A stretch of 37,976 nt of DNA from a virus. This document shows, one piece after another, positions 1 to 8,525 of this stretch. Position 1 is the stretch's first letter; each line of letters starts with the position of its first letter. The notes beneath the pieces were generated by a model that was not told where the DNA came from, did not search any database, and saw only the letters and a program-made list of their open reading frames with translations. The translations under genes were made by a program, and so were the position numbers. Location: the IMG/VR virus record IMGVR_UViG_3300005836_000015. One strand, given 5' to 3'.

Positions 1-843
1 ATCGACTACTGCTCGGGCCATGTTCGCGACATCCTGAATCGCTTGGAGATGATCTCCCAGTTGGGGCCTGTCACTGTCCAAGCTGTGCACGAGTACCTGA
101 ACCTGGGGGTGATCTCGACCTACTACGAGATCCTACTATCGCTTGGGGAGCCCGCCAAGTCCGTCCCCCTCGTGGAAGGTGCATGCGACCGAGTTGGTTC
201 TGATGAGGTAGCGACGGGCATCGCCGAAGCGGCGATGAACTCCTACCGTCAGGCCCACGGGATGTACATGGACTACGCTCTCTCGGATCGAAAACTAGGG
301 GAGCAGGTCTTCCAGCTTCACGGCGGAGAGGCCATCATCCATCTCGCAGACTTCTTCTTGCGGACCTACAAGCCGTCCCGTGTCAGTCTGGTCTGCGATA
401 TCATCCGATGTGCAAGGGGAGTCCCGGTCTCAGGTACGGCACCCCCGGTCCTGGTCATGGCTCCGCCGACCTCGACCCCTGCCGCACCCCGTAGTTCGAC
501 GGCCCCGGCTGCGACGCCCTCTCCGGCGACCTCTGTGACGTCAGCTCCTACCCCGGCGGCGGCTCCTCCGGCCGCCTTGCCCCCGGTGAATGGGGCCACT
601 CATCACGCATCGGAGAAATTCAGGTCCGATGGGATCGGATCTTTGGGGTCTCCCGACATCCAAGCTCTGACGGATCTGGATCACAAAGTCGTGAAGGAAG
701 CCCTTCCGCGAGGCGCTGTCCGTCAGCAGCCGGAGAAGAAGGCCAAGGAAACGGAAGGGGTCTCCTTGGTGGAACTACTACCGGCCAATCAGTGGCGTCA
801 CGAATTCGAAGAAGCCTGGCTCAGGTCACACAACGGAGCATAA
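1..843 (+). CDS. DNA polymerase III gamma/tau (DnaX)-like clamp-loader subunit, C-terminal part (5'-truncated by window)
   Basis: Frame is open from base 1 (IDYCSGHVRDILNRLEMISQLGPVTVQAVHEYL). 'SGHVRD' matches the AAA+ sensor-2 G(S/D)xRD motif of clamp loaders, followed by a helical region and a long Pro/Ala/Thr linker like tau. Confidence 0.6.
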   Translation: MDYCSGHVRDILNRLEMISQLGPVTVQAVHEYLNLGVISTYYEILLSLGEPAKSVPLVEGACDRVGSDEVATGIAEAAMNSYRQAHGMYMDYALSDRKLGEQVFQLHGGEAIIHLADFFLRTYKPSRVSLVCDIIRCARGVPVSGTAPPVLVMAPPTSTPAAPRSSTAPAATPSPATSVTSAPTPAAAPPAALPPVNGATHHASEKFRSDGIGSLGSPDIQALTDLDHKVVKEALPRGAVRQQPEKKAKETEGVSLVELLPANQWRHEFEEAWLRSHNGA

Positions 844-2709
844 GTGGCTGGGTCAGACGAATGGGTTGTTCTGGAGCTGAATGCACGTAGCGAGGGCGAA
901 GACCCCGTGATTGTGCGCAATTCCATCCAGAAGTCCGTCCCGAAGACTGAGGTCTTCTTGCCGGTCGTCATCACCAAAATCGGGGATGACTCGATCGTGC
1001 ACTCTCTCGTGGACGGCTATGCCTTCGTTCGTCGAGGGGACTACCCTGACAGTGCCTTCCTGCGGCTTGAGCTGACAAGATTCGTCCAGGCGGTCCTCTC
1101 CGAACCTGGCACCTACGGGCGTCATCGCCGTCTTTCGACTGTCCGTACCTCCGATATCGAAAAAATGCGCCAGCAGATCCAGGCGCAAGTTCATCAGGGC
1201 ATCGGCATCGGGGACAAGGTGAAGATCACGACGGGGCCTTATCGCAACATCGAAGCGACGGTCATCGAAGAGATCCCCGAGCAGAAGGTCGTCCAGGTCT
1301 TCGTCAAGCTGCGAAGCAAAGAGTCCATCGTCACGATCCCAAGGTCTGGGCTCCTGGTACTCGAGCGGGCGCCAATGTCCCAGCTCCTCAGCCGGCTCAC
1401 GGGTCTGCGAGCTTGGCTCCGGCAAGCGAGCCCCGTCATCCTGTGGCAGGGCACGATTCAGCCTCTACAGGCCATCTACGACCGATACACCCGGGTCGCT
1501 ACGTGGACCACGAACGGCCGTCGCCTGTTCTCCCTCGTCTCGTTCGCGCACGGCATGCACGACAAGACCGTGACCCAAATGAAGGGGGCCCTCACGCAGT
1601 TGAAGCGTGTCGAGATCCTCAACCGGAGATTCCAACCCCTTCTCGCTTTGGTCCGTAGCTACCACGACAATACAGCCGCCCAAAGGTTCGCTGCGATCCA
1701 GGACAGCTTCATGACTCTGGTCTGGTTCGACGACATCGAGCAGCGCCTCAAGAAGTTCGGGGATGAGCTCGAGGAGCTAGACCAGCAAATCGCGAACAAA
1801 ACACATCAGGACGGAGATGAATTCGTGGTCCAAAACGTTCTTGTCGACGGGCACAACCTCATGTTCCGCTGCTTCCATGCTCCAGGGATGGCCGACCTTC
1901 AGGATTCGAAGGGACGTCCGACCGGGGTTATCCTCGGCATGCTGCGGAGCCTTGGAGGTCTTCGGAAGCGGTTCCCGGATGCCCGGCTGTTCGTCGCCTG
2001 GGATGGCGCATCGCGTCGAAGGAAGAAGGTCTTCTCGGAATACAAGGCCAACCGTCCGACCCGGGCCCGTGGGGACGGGGAGCCGATCTTCAACCAGATG
2101 GCCTTCGTTCAGAAGGTGCTCCCCCACCTCGGGGTTCGGCAGCTCCTCAATGCGGAAGAGGAGGCGGACGACATCCTCGCGTCCTTCGTGCATCATGAGC
2201 TAAGCGCTCAAAATAACTTGCTATTTTCGACCGATCGGGATCTGCTCCAACTGGTCTCCGCGTCGACGAAGGTGCTGGTGCCATCGACGGGTATCCGGAA
2301 GGAGATCCTCTTCGACGAGGCTCTGGTCGAGGAACACTACGGCGTCCCCCCGGCGAAGTTCTTGCAGCTCAGGGCCTTCTACGGGGACACGTCCGACAAC
2401 ATCCCGGGGGTCCCTCGGGTGCCCAAGAAGGTGCTCTGCTCCCTGGTCCAGGCGTACGGCAGCGTCGAGGCCGTCTACAAATCGGGCTTGACGGGACTGA
2501 GCAAAGGGCAGTACGAAAGGTTGCGGGCGTCCGAACCCCAAGTCAAGATCAACTTGGCTCTGATGACCCTCATCGATGTCCCTGTCTCCGTGACAGACCC
2601 AGATGAAGATGCAGACATCGCCACCTCGCTGCTGAGGGAGGTCGAGGTCAATCCTACCCCTATTCTGGACGCCTTCTTCGGGCTGAGGGCGGAGGCAACG
2701 GACGCATGA
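844..2709 (+). CDS. NusG-like (NGN+KOW) domain fused to a PolA-type 5'-3' exonuclease/flap endonuclease domain
   Basis: N-terminal WVVL...FLPV...DGYAFV...FVQAVL and KOW GDKVKITTGPYRNIEATVIE. C-terminal VLVDGHNLMFRCFHA, YKANR, EADD, STDRDLLQL and GDTSDNIPGVPRV are canonical FEN/PolA-N motifs. Confidence 0.8.
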   Translation: MAGSDEWVVLELNARSEGEDPVIVRNSIQKSVPKTEVFLPVVITKIGDDSIVHSLVDGYAFVRRGDYPDSAFLRLELTRFVQAVLSEPGTYGRHRRLSTVRTSDIEKMRQQIQAQVHQGIGIGDKVKITTGPYRNIEATVIEEIPEQKVVQVFVKLRSKESIVTIPRSGLLVLERAPMSQLLSRLTGLRAWLRQASPVILWQGTIQPLQAIYDRYTRVATWTTNGRRLFSLVSFAHGMHDKTVTQMKGALTQLKRVEILNRRFQPLLALVRSYHDNTAAQRFAAIQDSFMTLVWFDDIEQRLKKFGDELEELDQQIANKTHQDGDEFVVQNVLVDGHNLMFRCFHAPGMADLQDSKGRPTGVILGMLRSLGGLRKRFPDARLFVAWDGASRRRKKVFSEYKANRPTRARGDGEPIFNQMAFVQKVLPHLGVRQLLNAEEEADDILASFVHHELSAQNNLLFSTDRDLLQLVSASTKVLVPSTGIRKEILFDEALVEEHYGVPPAKFLQLRAFYGDTSDNIPGVPRVPKKVLCSLVQAYGSVEAVYKSGLTGLSKGQYERLRASEPQVKINLALMTLIDVPVSVTDPDEDADIATSLLREVEVNPTPILDAFFGLRAEATDA

Positions 2710-3449
2710 GCACTGGCTATGTCATTCCGGTCGATCCTTCGGAACTAGCGAATCGATTCGCTGCGTCACACGACCCGCGGGAAGACGAGGCAGTCGAGCT
2801 CGACGAAGCTGCCAACGTCTCCGACGAGGATGTGGCCGACTTCTTCTCGGGCAACGACTACGAGAGCCAGATCGCGCCCTTGCTCGATCGGATCCCCAGC
2901 AAGGAAGCCGACCTCATCTACCTGTACTTCATCCAACGCAAGCGCCAGCTCGACATCGCCACGATCTTCGGGATCACCCAGGCGGCGGTCAGCTACCGGC
3001 TCGAACGTGGGATCAAGCGGATCCAGTTCCTTCTCTCGATTCCCCAAATCACAGAGGAGGAACTATGGGCCGACCTCCCGGAGGTCCTCCCGGCATCGTC
3101 CCCTTGTCCCAAGTGCGTGAACAAGGCGTCCGAGCCCGCTCGCACCTCCTCTGCATGCCCTGTCTGCAACGGGACCGGGACCCTCCTCATCGATGTGGCG
3201 ATCCTTGCCGGCATGTGGCGATCTACGTGCCAGAGCGACGTAGCGAACACGCTCGGCCTCACCCAAGGGAGGGTGAGGCATCGTTTTTTCAAGGCCGTCG
3301 AGACCCTTGAGGTCGCCGCTGCGAAGAACGAGAAGTACCAGCCCTACCACAAGATTTTCTCGGCCATCTCCGAGGGCAAGATGTTCAACATCCTGCGGGA
3401 GGTCAAACTGCCGCAGTGGGCGAATCGGGGCACGGACGAACTAGGGTAG
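2706..3449 (+). CDS. Sigma-70 region 4-like double HTH protein with inserted Cys4 zinc finger (putative transcription regulator)
   Basis: LDRIPSKEADLIYLYFIQRKRQLDIATIFGITQAAVSYRLERGIKRI is sigma4-like; second HTH QSDVANTLGLTQGRVRHRF; CPKC...CPVCNGTG between them; ATGA overlap with upstream gene. Confidence 0.6.
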   Translation: MSTGYVIPVDPSELANRFAASHDPREDEAVELDEAANVSDEDVADFFSGNDYESQIAPLLDRIPSKEADLIYLYFIQRKRQLDIATIFGITQAAVSYRLERGIKRIQFLLSIPQITEEELWADLPEVLPASSPCPKCVNKASEPARTSSACPVCNGTGTLLIDVAILAGMWRSTCQSDVANTLGLTQGRVRHRFFKAVETLEVAAAKNEKYQPYHKIFSAISEGKMFNILREVKLPQWANRGTDELG

Positions 3450-3463
3450 CGCAGAACGCCGCC

Positions 3464-3497
3464 TTTTCTTTTATGGCCTCTCTCGTTCGGAGAGGTC
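3464..3497 (+). promoter_or_regulatory. Putative T-rich (late) promoter element TTTTCTTTTAT followed by RBS-occluding hairpin
   Basis: Rare AT-rich patch at the switch from replication to structural genes. Hairpin GGCCTCTC(3475-3482)/GAGAGGTC(3490-3497) covers the GGAGAGG SD of the 3502 gene. Confidence 0.45.
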
Positions 3498-3501
3498 TGC
3501 C

Positions 3502-4410
3502 TTGCCCATCACCGCAGCCAACATCCGGTTCCAGGACTACCAATTCAACCTGACTTCGACCGGCGGCATGTGGCGTTGGACGACCAGGGTGGACGTCTCA
3601 GGGTCCGTCCCTTCCTACCAGGTGAAGGACATCCTGAGCCCCTACGGCGTCCTGCGCGACACGGTGGCCATCCCGGGGGATGTCGTCCAGGCGATGGGGG
3701 ACTCGATCATCCAGATCCAGTCGAACTTCCCGCCGCACATCCTGCTCGGACCCCCGGCCTCCCTCACGTTCGATGTGGATGAGGGTCGGGGCTTCTCGAT
3801 GCCCCAGGAGGTGGTCCTCACGAACGATGGGGTCTTCGGTTCCCTTCTCGGGACCACGCTCACGACCTCGGCGGCCTACGTGTCGGTTTCGCCGGCCAAC
3901 GTGGGCAACCTGGCCTCGAACGAGAGTGGGTCCTTCAGCGTGTCCATCGATTCGACGGACCTCCTGGCCGCAAACACCCCCTACAACGAGGAGGTCACCG
4001 TCCAGGACCCGAACGCTTCGAACACGCCCCAGACCTTCCCGCTGGTCATCAACGTCCGGCCCAAGGCGACGATCGACATCAGCCCCCTCGTCCTCAATTT
4101 CTCGGTCACCCGGCCCTTCACCGGCCCCTTCCCGGCGATTCCGTCGCAGCAGTTCACGATCACGAACTCGGCGGCGGTCGAGTCCCTCCTGGACTACCAG
4201 ATCCAGCGGCTGACCAATCTCTCGAGCGACTGGTTGGTGAGTTTCGCCCCGGTGAACGAGACCCTCGCAGGTGGCGACAGCCAGGTCATCACCGTCGCCG
4301 TCGCTCCGATCGAGGGTCTGCTGACCGGCACCTACCAGGAAACCCTACGGGTGAGCGGGTACTCCACAAACTCATTTGTGGACGTGCTCATTCAGCTCGT
4401 CATTTCGTGA
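3502..4410 (+). CDS. Virion structural protein with tandem BACON/Ig-like domains
   Basis: Beta-rich with two repeats of P.SL.F...Q...LTN.G and DWL.S..P....L.GG.SQ.ITV.V...GL..GTY...L.V, typical of viral BACON domains; TTG start with GGAGAGG SD. Confidence 0.55.
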   Translation: MPITAANIRFQDYQFNLTSTGGMWRWTTRVDVSGSVPSYQVKDILSPYGVLRDTVAIPGDVVQAMGDSIIQIQSNFPPHILLGPPASLTFDVDEGRGFSMPQEVVLTNDGVFGSLLGTTLTTSAAYVSVSPANVGNLASNESGSFSVSIDSTDLLAANTPYNEEVTVQDPNASNTPQTFPLVINVRPKATIDISPLVLNFSVTRPFTGPFPAIPSQQFTITNSAAVESLLDYQIQRLTNLSSDWLVSFAPVNETLAGGDSQVITVAVAPIEGLLTGTYQETLRVSGYSTNSFVDVLIQLVIS

Positions 4411-4417
4411 GGACTGG

Positions 4418-4735
4418 ATGAAAAACGGCAACTACAACCTGGGAAACATCGAAACCGAGGCGTCGGGGTTGGATGCCTTTTTCGCCTCCGAGCCTCGGAT
4501 CGTCACCCCGATGGCGACGTCCGACCGTCCGATGGGTCCGACGACCATGAAGGCCGCTGCGGCACCGGTCCGGACCAAGGTCTCCTCCCTCCAGCAGCTC
4601 GACAACTTCCGTCGGGTGAGTGCGGAAACCCTCATCCACAAGTCGACGAACGACCTCTGGACCCTCCGAAAGGAGGGGGAGGACTTCTTCATCGAACGGC
4701 TCTTCGACGACAACGGCACTCCTCTGAAGGACTGA
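4418..4735 (+). CDS. Hypothetical protein (probable virion component), 105 aa
   Basis: ATG at 4418 with GAGGA SD; C-terminal LIHKSTNDLWTL...IERLFDDNGTPLK looks like a compact domain; located in head-gene cluster. Confidence 0.6.
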   Translation: MKNGNYNLGNIETEASGLDAFFASEPRIVTPMATSDRPMGPTTMKAAAAPVRTKVSSLQQLDNFRRVSAETLIHKSTNDLWTLRKEGEDFFIERLFDDNGTPLKD

Positions 4736-4737
4736 CC

Positions 4738-6150
4738 ATGAAGGCGCAGGACTTGGTGCGGCGAGTTGCAGCGGCGTACGCCGAAGGTCACCAGAAGGTG
4801 GCGACCTTTCCGCCGTTCTCCAAGAACGGGCCGCCCATCCCGCCTTCAGGGGAGGGCGGGGCCCAAAATCGCAACATCCCCAAGGATCACTCCTTCGATG
4901 CCCGAGCCTTGAAGCCGATGGCCCAGACGCTCTGGGCTACGAGCGTCGGCCTCGGTCATGCCCTTACGGCCTACCGCCACCTGAATCGCCTGAAGAGCAC
5001 GACCGTGAGCCCGGACGGCCTGCTTGGCGGTCGTGGCTACGTCATGCCTGTCCGCGACATGCGGCAGAAGATGTACGCCGCCTGCGAGGCCCTCAGCGCC
5101 ATCGCCGACACTCTCTATGACGAGATCCAGGCGCCCCACTGGCAACCGAAGCTCGCCCAGCTCGACCCGGAAGATCAGGAAGGGGTCGAGCGGTTCGTCG
5201 AGAAGTCTCAGGACCTCCTCGACAATCCGGAAGACGAAGCCGAAGAAGAGATGGAGGCCGTCGAGAAGGGTGAGGACAAGCCCGACAACAAGCCCGAGGA
5301 GTCCAAAGCCTCGAAGCTTCCCAGTGCGGGTCCCTCGGATGAATCCGAAGCTCAGCCCGTGAAGTCCCCCACGAACAAGGAAGCCAGCACGAACGGCATC
5401 CAGTTCTGGACGAAGCTCGCGAACTCTTCGGTGTCCCCAGCCGAGCTTCCGGGCCCTCGTGTCGACCACCTCGACCGTGGGGAACAGACGGGACCTTGGG
5501 GGTCCTACAACGTCGACGAGGAGCCGAGCGACAACTGGTTCGACCACGGTGAGACGGAGTACGAGTACCCCCACGAGGGGGAGAACGACCTCCGCGAGAC
5601 GACCGCAACGGATCTACTCGGAGAATCCGCCGTTCCGGATTCGAAGACCGACGACACCCCGACCGAAGCATGGGACTTCGGTCTCGGCTACGGAGCGAAG
5701 GGTCAGGGGGCCGGGGGCTACCAGAATCCATCGGGCGAAGGTGCAGGCACCAAGGGCGTCTGGGGGCCCCACAGTGGGCTTCCTGGGTCGCCTGCGATCT
5801 CCGTGAACGACACGACGCCCATCGTCGATGTCCAGCTCAACCAGCGCCACGCTCTCGAGTCGCTTCTCCCTGGAGACAGGGACGAGCCCGTCGCTCGGTC
5901 GGACTACTTCCCGGGATGGAAGGGCAACCTCGTCCAGTCCGACAACCTCCAGTCCGAGTCCGAACTTCCCCAGGAAGTCTCTCCGACCCTTCAGAACTCT
6001 CCCGGACTCCTCAACACGGACTACGTGAGTGAGGACGGTGAGACGGCGTACGGCCGGTACGACTACTCGACGCACACGTACCGGGAAGATCCCCTTCACA
6101 ACTGGCCGCAAGAGAAGCTGCCCGAGAACATCTGGCCGCAACAAGGATGA
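4738..6150 (+). CDS. Acidic low-complexity putative head/internal protein with N-terminal RVAAAY motif
   Basis: 470-aa ORF contiguous with neighbours; begins MKAQDLVRRVAAAY; E/D/P-rich C-terminal half. Confidence 0.65.
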   Translation: MKAQDLVRRVAAAYAEGHQKVATFPPFSKNGPPIPPSGEGGAQNRNIPKDHSFDARALKPMAQTLWATSVGLGHALTAYRHLNRLKSTTVSPDGLLGGRGYVMPVRDMRQKMYAACEALSAIADTLYDEIQAPHWQPKLAQLDPEDQEGVERFVEKSQDLLDNPEDEAEEEMEAVEKGEDKPDNKPEESKASKLPSAGPSDESEAQPVKSPTNKEASTNGIQFWTKLANSSVSPAELPGPRVDHLDRGEQTGPWGSYNVDEEPSDNWFDHGETEYEYPHEGENDLRETTATDLLGESAVPDSKTDDTPTEAWDFGLGYGAKGQGAGGYQNPSGEGAGTKGVWGPHSGLPGSPAISVNDTTPIVDVQLNQRHALESLLPGDRDEPVARSDYFPGWKGNLVQSDNLQSESELPQEVSPTLQNSPGLLNTDYVSEDGETAYGRYDYSTHTYREDPLHNWPQEKLPENIWPQQG

Positions 6151-6153
6151 ATC

Positions 6154-8127
6154 ATGGCTGAGATGGGTGACCTCACCGAGTTCTTCAAGGACGGCAGTGG
6201 ATCTGGGCCGGCGAACCTCGACTGGCTGAACGTCAACGAGAAGGACTACCAATCGGTCGACAAGCTGCCGAAGCAGAACCTCGACATCACGCCCGACTTG
6301 AAGGCCCTCTGGAGTCACGAGGACAGGCCCTCGACGGGCTTCGTGCCGAACACGGGTGGACCTCGGACGATGGGGGACATGTCGCAGGCTCACGGAGCTC
6401 TCCGCAAGAGCCCCGAGGACCTCATCCGGACGGCCCGCCTCGTGATCATGCAGACGGTCGACCCGAGCCGGATCCAGTACGCCCTCACCTCTCGCTACGA
6501 CTCCGAGATGATCAAGGGTGCGAGGACGGCCTTGGCCGGAGTCTTCGCCGAACGAGGTCTGCTCGGTCGCTACTACCTCGATGCATCGGACTTCCCCGAG
6601 TGCCGGACGGGCTCGAAGAAAGCGTCGGAATTCGCCCGTCGTTTCGCTGGAGAAGCCCGATTCGTCAAGGCGAAGACCGAGTGCGAGGGATGCATCCACC
6701 GGCAGGGCGGCGACTTCTGTGGGGTCTTCCACAAGCAGATCGTGCTCGATGTCCCCTACACGGAGGACCTCGCCTCGCAAGTCGAGAACCTTCAGCAGGC
6801 GCAGGGCAAGCAGATCCAAGCGTCCCAGATGGGTCCTCGGGATCGCATCCGCCAGGCACTTCTCGCCAAGGTCGGAACCGTGACGGCACCTTTCACGGGT
6901 CGCCCCCAAGCAGCTCCGAAGCCGATCCAGGCTTCGACGCCCGATCAGCTCATCGCCGTTTCGAACCTCACGAAGAAGAAGGCGGCCGAGGAGCAGCAGA
7001 AGCTCGCTGCCCAGCAAGCTCGTCCCATCGTGGCGATGCTCCGTCGGGAAATGCTCAAGGGTCGAAGCCGGACCGAGCTTTCGACGGCTCTGCGCCTCGC
7101 ATTCGACGAGAGGGACCTGCGGACGACCCAGGCCGAGTGGGGTCCTATCTATCGAGAGGCGGGGCTCTTCGGGGCCATCTACACGACCCAAGAGTCGTTC
7201 GACGACTGCCACGAGGGAGCCGACTTCTTGGCGAAGCACGGTTCTTCTGTGCGGGCTGTCGTGGCCGGGCCGAAGTGCGATTCCTGCATCTTCAGCAAGA
7301 TCGGCCGCTGCATGCTGTACGGTCGGAAGCTCGTGGGAAGCGCAAGCGAGGTCGTGACCCCCGAGGTGGCGGCCCAGGTCTTGGACGAGCACAAGCTCGC
7401 AGGACGGCTCCCTCACGGTGCTGACCGCCTGAATTGGGGGTCGGATCCGGCGACGGTTCTCAAGGCGTTGCACGAAGCGGCGATGAGCCCCAAGCCGATG
7501 GTCCAGGGAAGCGTCCGGTCGGTCGTCGAGCACGCCTTCCACGGTGGTGGTCCTCGTACGGCCGGATCGAGCGACCTCACGAAGAGGGCTGTCGTTCAAG
7601 CGACGCAGCAGTACATGAACGAGGGCCTCTACGGACAGGATCTCGTGGCGGTCCTTAGGGGTCGTTTCGAGATTCGAGACCTGGCGGCAGCGAAGGACGA
7701 CATCCGGGTTCTTCTGGCCGAGCAGGGGCTCCAAGGGATCAAGTACGTGGACCCCAGGGTCTACGACGACTACGGCAAGGGTTGCCACGAAGCGGCTCGG
7801 AAGCATCGAACCCGGGCGGCGGTTCGGTACGCCAAGGTCGGGGACAAGTGCACCTCCTGCGTGCATCAGACACGGCCCGGTTTCTGCTCGGTGCTCAACA
7901 AGCAGCTCGTGGTCGAGCCGCCGTACCTGGACAAGATGGCAGAACAGCAGGCCATCCTCGCGACGGGCCGGTCGACGGAAGTGCCCTTCCAGGCGCTCGT
8001 CAACAACGGTCTGTCCATGATGCACGAGTACCAGCTCCAGCAGGCCAGCGGAGAGATCGACCTCAACCCGCAGGCGAGGTCCGTCGAGGCCACGATCGAG
8101 TTCGGGCTTCAGGGAGTGAAGCTCTGA
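6154..8127 (+). CDS. Cys-rich protein with three internal repeats (putative Zn-binding virion protein)
   Basis: 657 aa; three copies of GL.G..Y.....F/Y..C..G...CxxC......C....K.LV/IV. Confidence 0.7.
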   Translation: MAEMGDLTEFFKDGSGSGPANLDWLNVNEKDYQSVDKLPKQNLDITPDLKALWSHEDRPSTGFVPNTGGPRTMGDMSQAHGALRKSPEDLIRTARLVIMQTVDPSRIQYALTSRYDSEMIKGARTALAGVFAERGLLGRYYLDASDFPECRTGSKKASEFARRFAGEARFVKAKTECEGCIHRQGGDFCGVFHKQIVLDVPYTEDLASQVENLQQAQGKQIQASQMGPRDRIRQALLAKVGTVTAPFTGRPQAAPKPIQASTPDQLIAVSNLTKKKAAEEQQKLAAQQARPIVAMLRREMLKGRSRTELSTALRLAFDERDLRTTQAEWGPIYREAGLFGAIYTTQESFDDCHEGADFLAKHGSSVRAVVAGPKCDSCIFSKIGRCMLYGRKLVGSASEVVTPEVAAQVLDEHKLAGRLPHGADRLNWGSDPATVLKALHEAAMSPKPMVQGSVRSVVEHAFHGGGPRTAGSSDLTKRAVVQATQQYMNEGLYGQDLVAVLRGRFEIRDLAAAKDDIRVLLAEQGLQGIKYVDPRVYDDYGKGCHEAARKHRTRAAVRYAKVGDKCTSCVHQTRPGFCSVLNKQLVVEPPYLDKMAEQQAILATGRSTEVPFQALVNNGLSMMHEYQLQQASGEIDLNPQARSVEATIEFGLQGVKL

Positions 8128-8522
8128 TGAACCCCATCGTCCTTCGGGTGGCGGCTCGCTTCCAGCGGCAGGCGGATCAACCGCCGGGAGCGAAGCAGCG
8201 TGCTCGGAAGCTGACGCAGCCGATCAACAAGCCGAAGGGCATCGATCGCCACATCGTGAAGGACCACGGGGGTCTGATGGGTGGGGTCCCCGAGGAAGAA
8301 CGGATCGATGCCGATCGTCGGGACATCACCCCCAAGGATGTCTTCACCCCGACGCCGGACCACACTGGAGTCCTGAACCTTGCAGAGACAGGGAAGGACC
8401 TCCAGCACGCCCTCGACAAGCAGGTCCCGAAGGACAAGGGCTACGACAACGTGCGGCAGCTTTCGCAGTACCTCATCCGCACGGAGGGTGGCAGCGGGGA
8501 TGGTCCGCAAGGGAAGAAGTAG
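8127..8522 (+). CDS. Hypothetical protein, 131 aa, N-terminal RVAARF motif
   Basis: ATG at 8127 overlaps upstream TGA (TGATG); MNPIVLRVAARFQRQA. The longer 7782 start lies inside the upstream gene. Confidence 0.7.
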   Translation: MNPIVLRVAARFQRQADQPPGAKQRARKLTQPINKPKGIDRHIVKDHGGLMGGVPEEERIDADRRDITPKDVFTPTPDHTGVLNLAETGKDLQHALDKQVPKDKGYDNVRQLSQYLIRTEGGSGDGPQGKK

Positions 8523-8525
8523 AAC

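Noticed and set aside
1-843. Gamma/tau programmed -1 frameshift in the DnaX-like gene
   Set aside because: No A-AAA-AAG or poly-A slippery tract seen in the visible part.
844-1400. Host chromosomal nusG locus
   Set aside because: No secE/rplK context, the sequence is highly divergent, and it is embedded in phage genes.
5614-8025. 803-aa minus-strand ORF, and similar long antisense ORFs (10357-12228, 14401-16698, 21123-22652, 22880-24526, 34040-35659)
   Set aside because: Shadow frames of GC3-biased + strand genes. They show no recognisable motifs and fully overlap well-supported genes.
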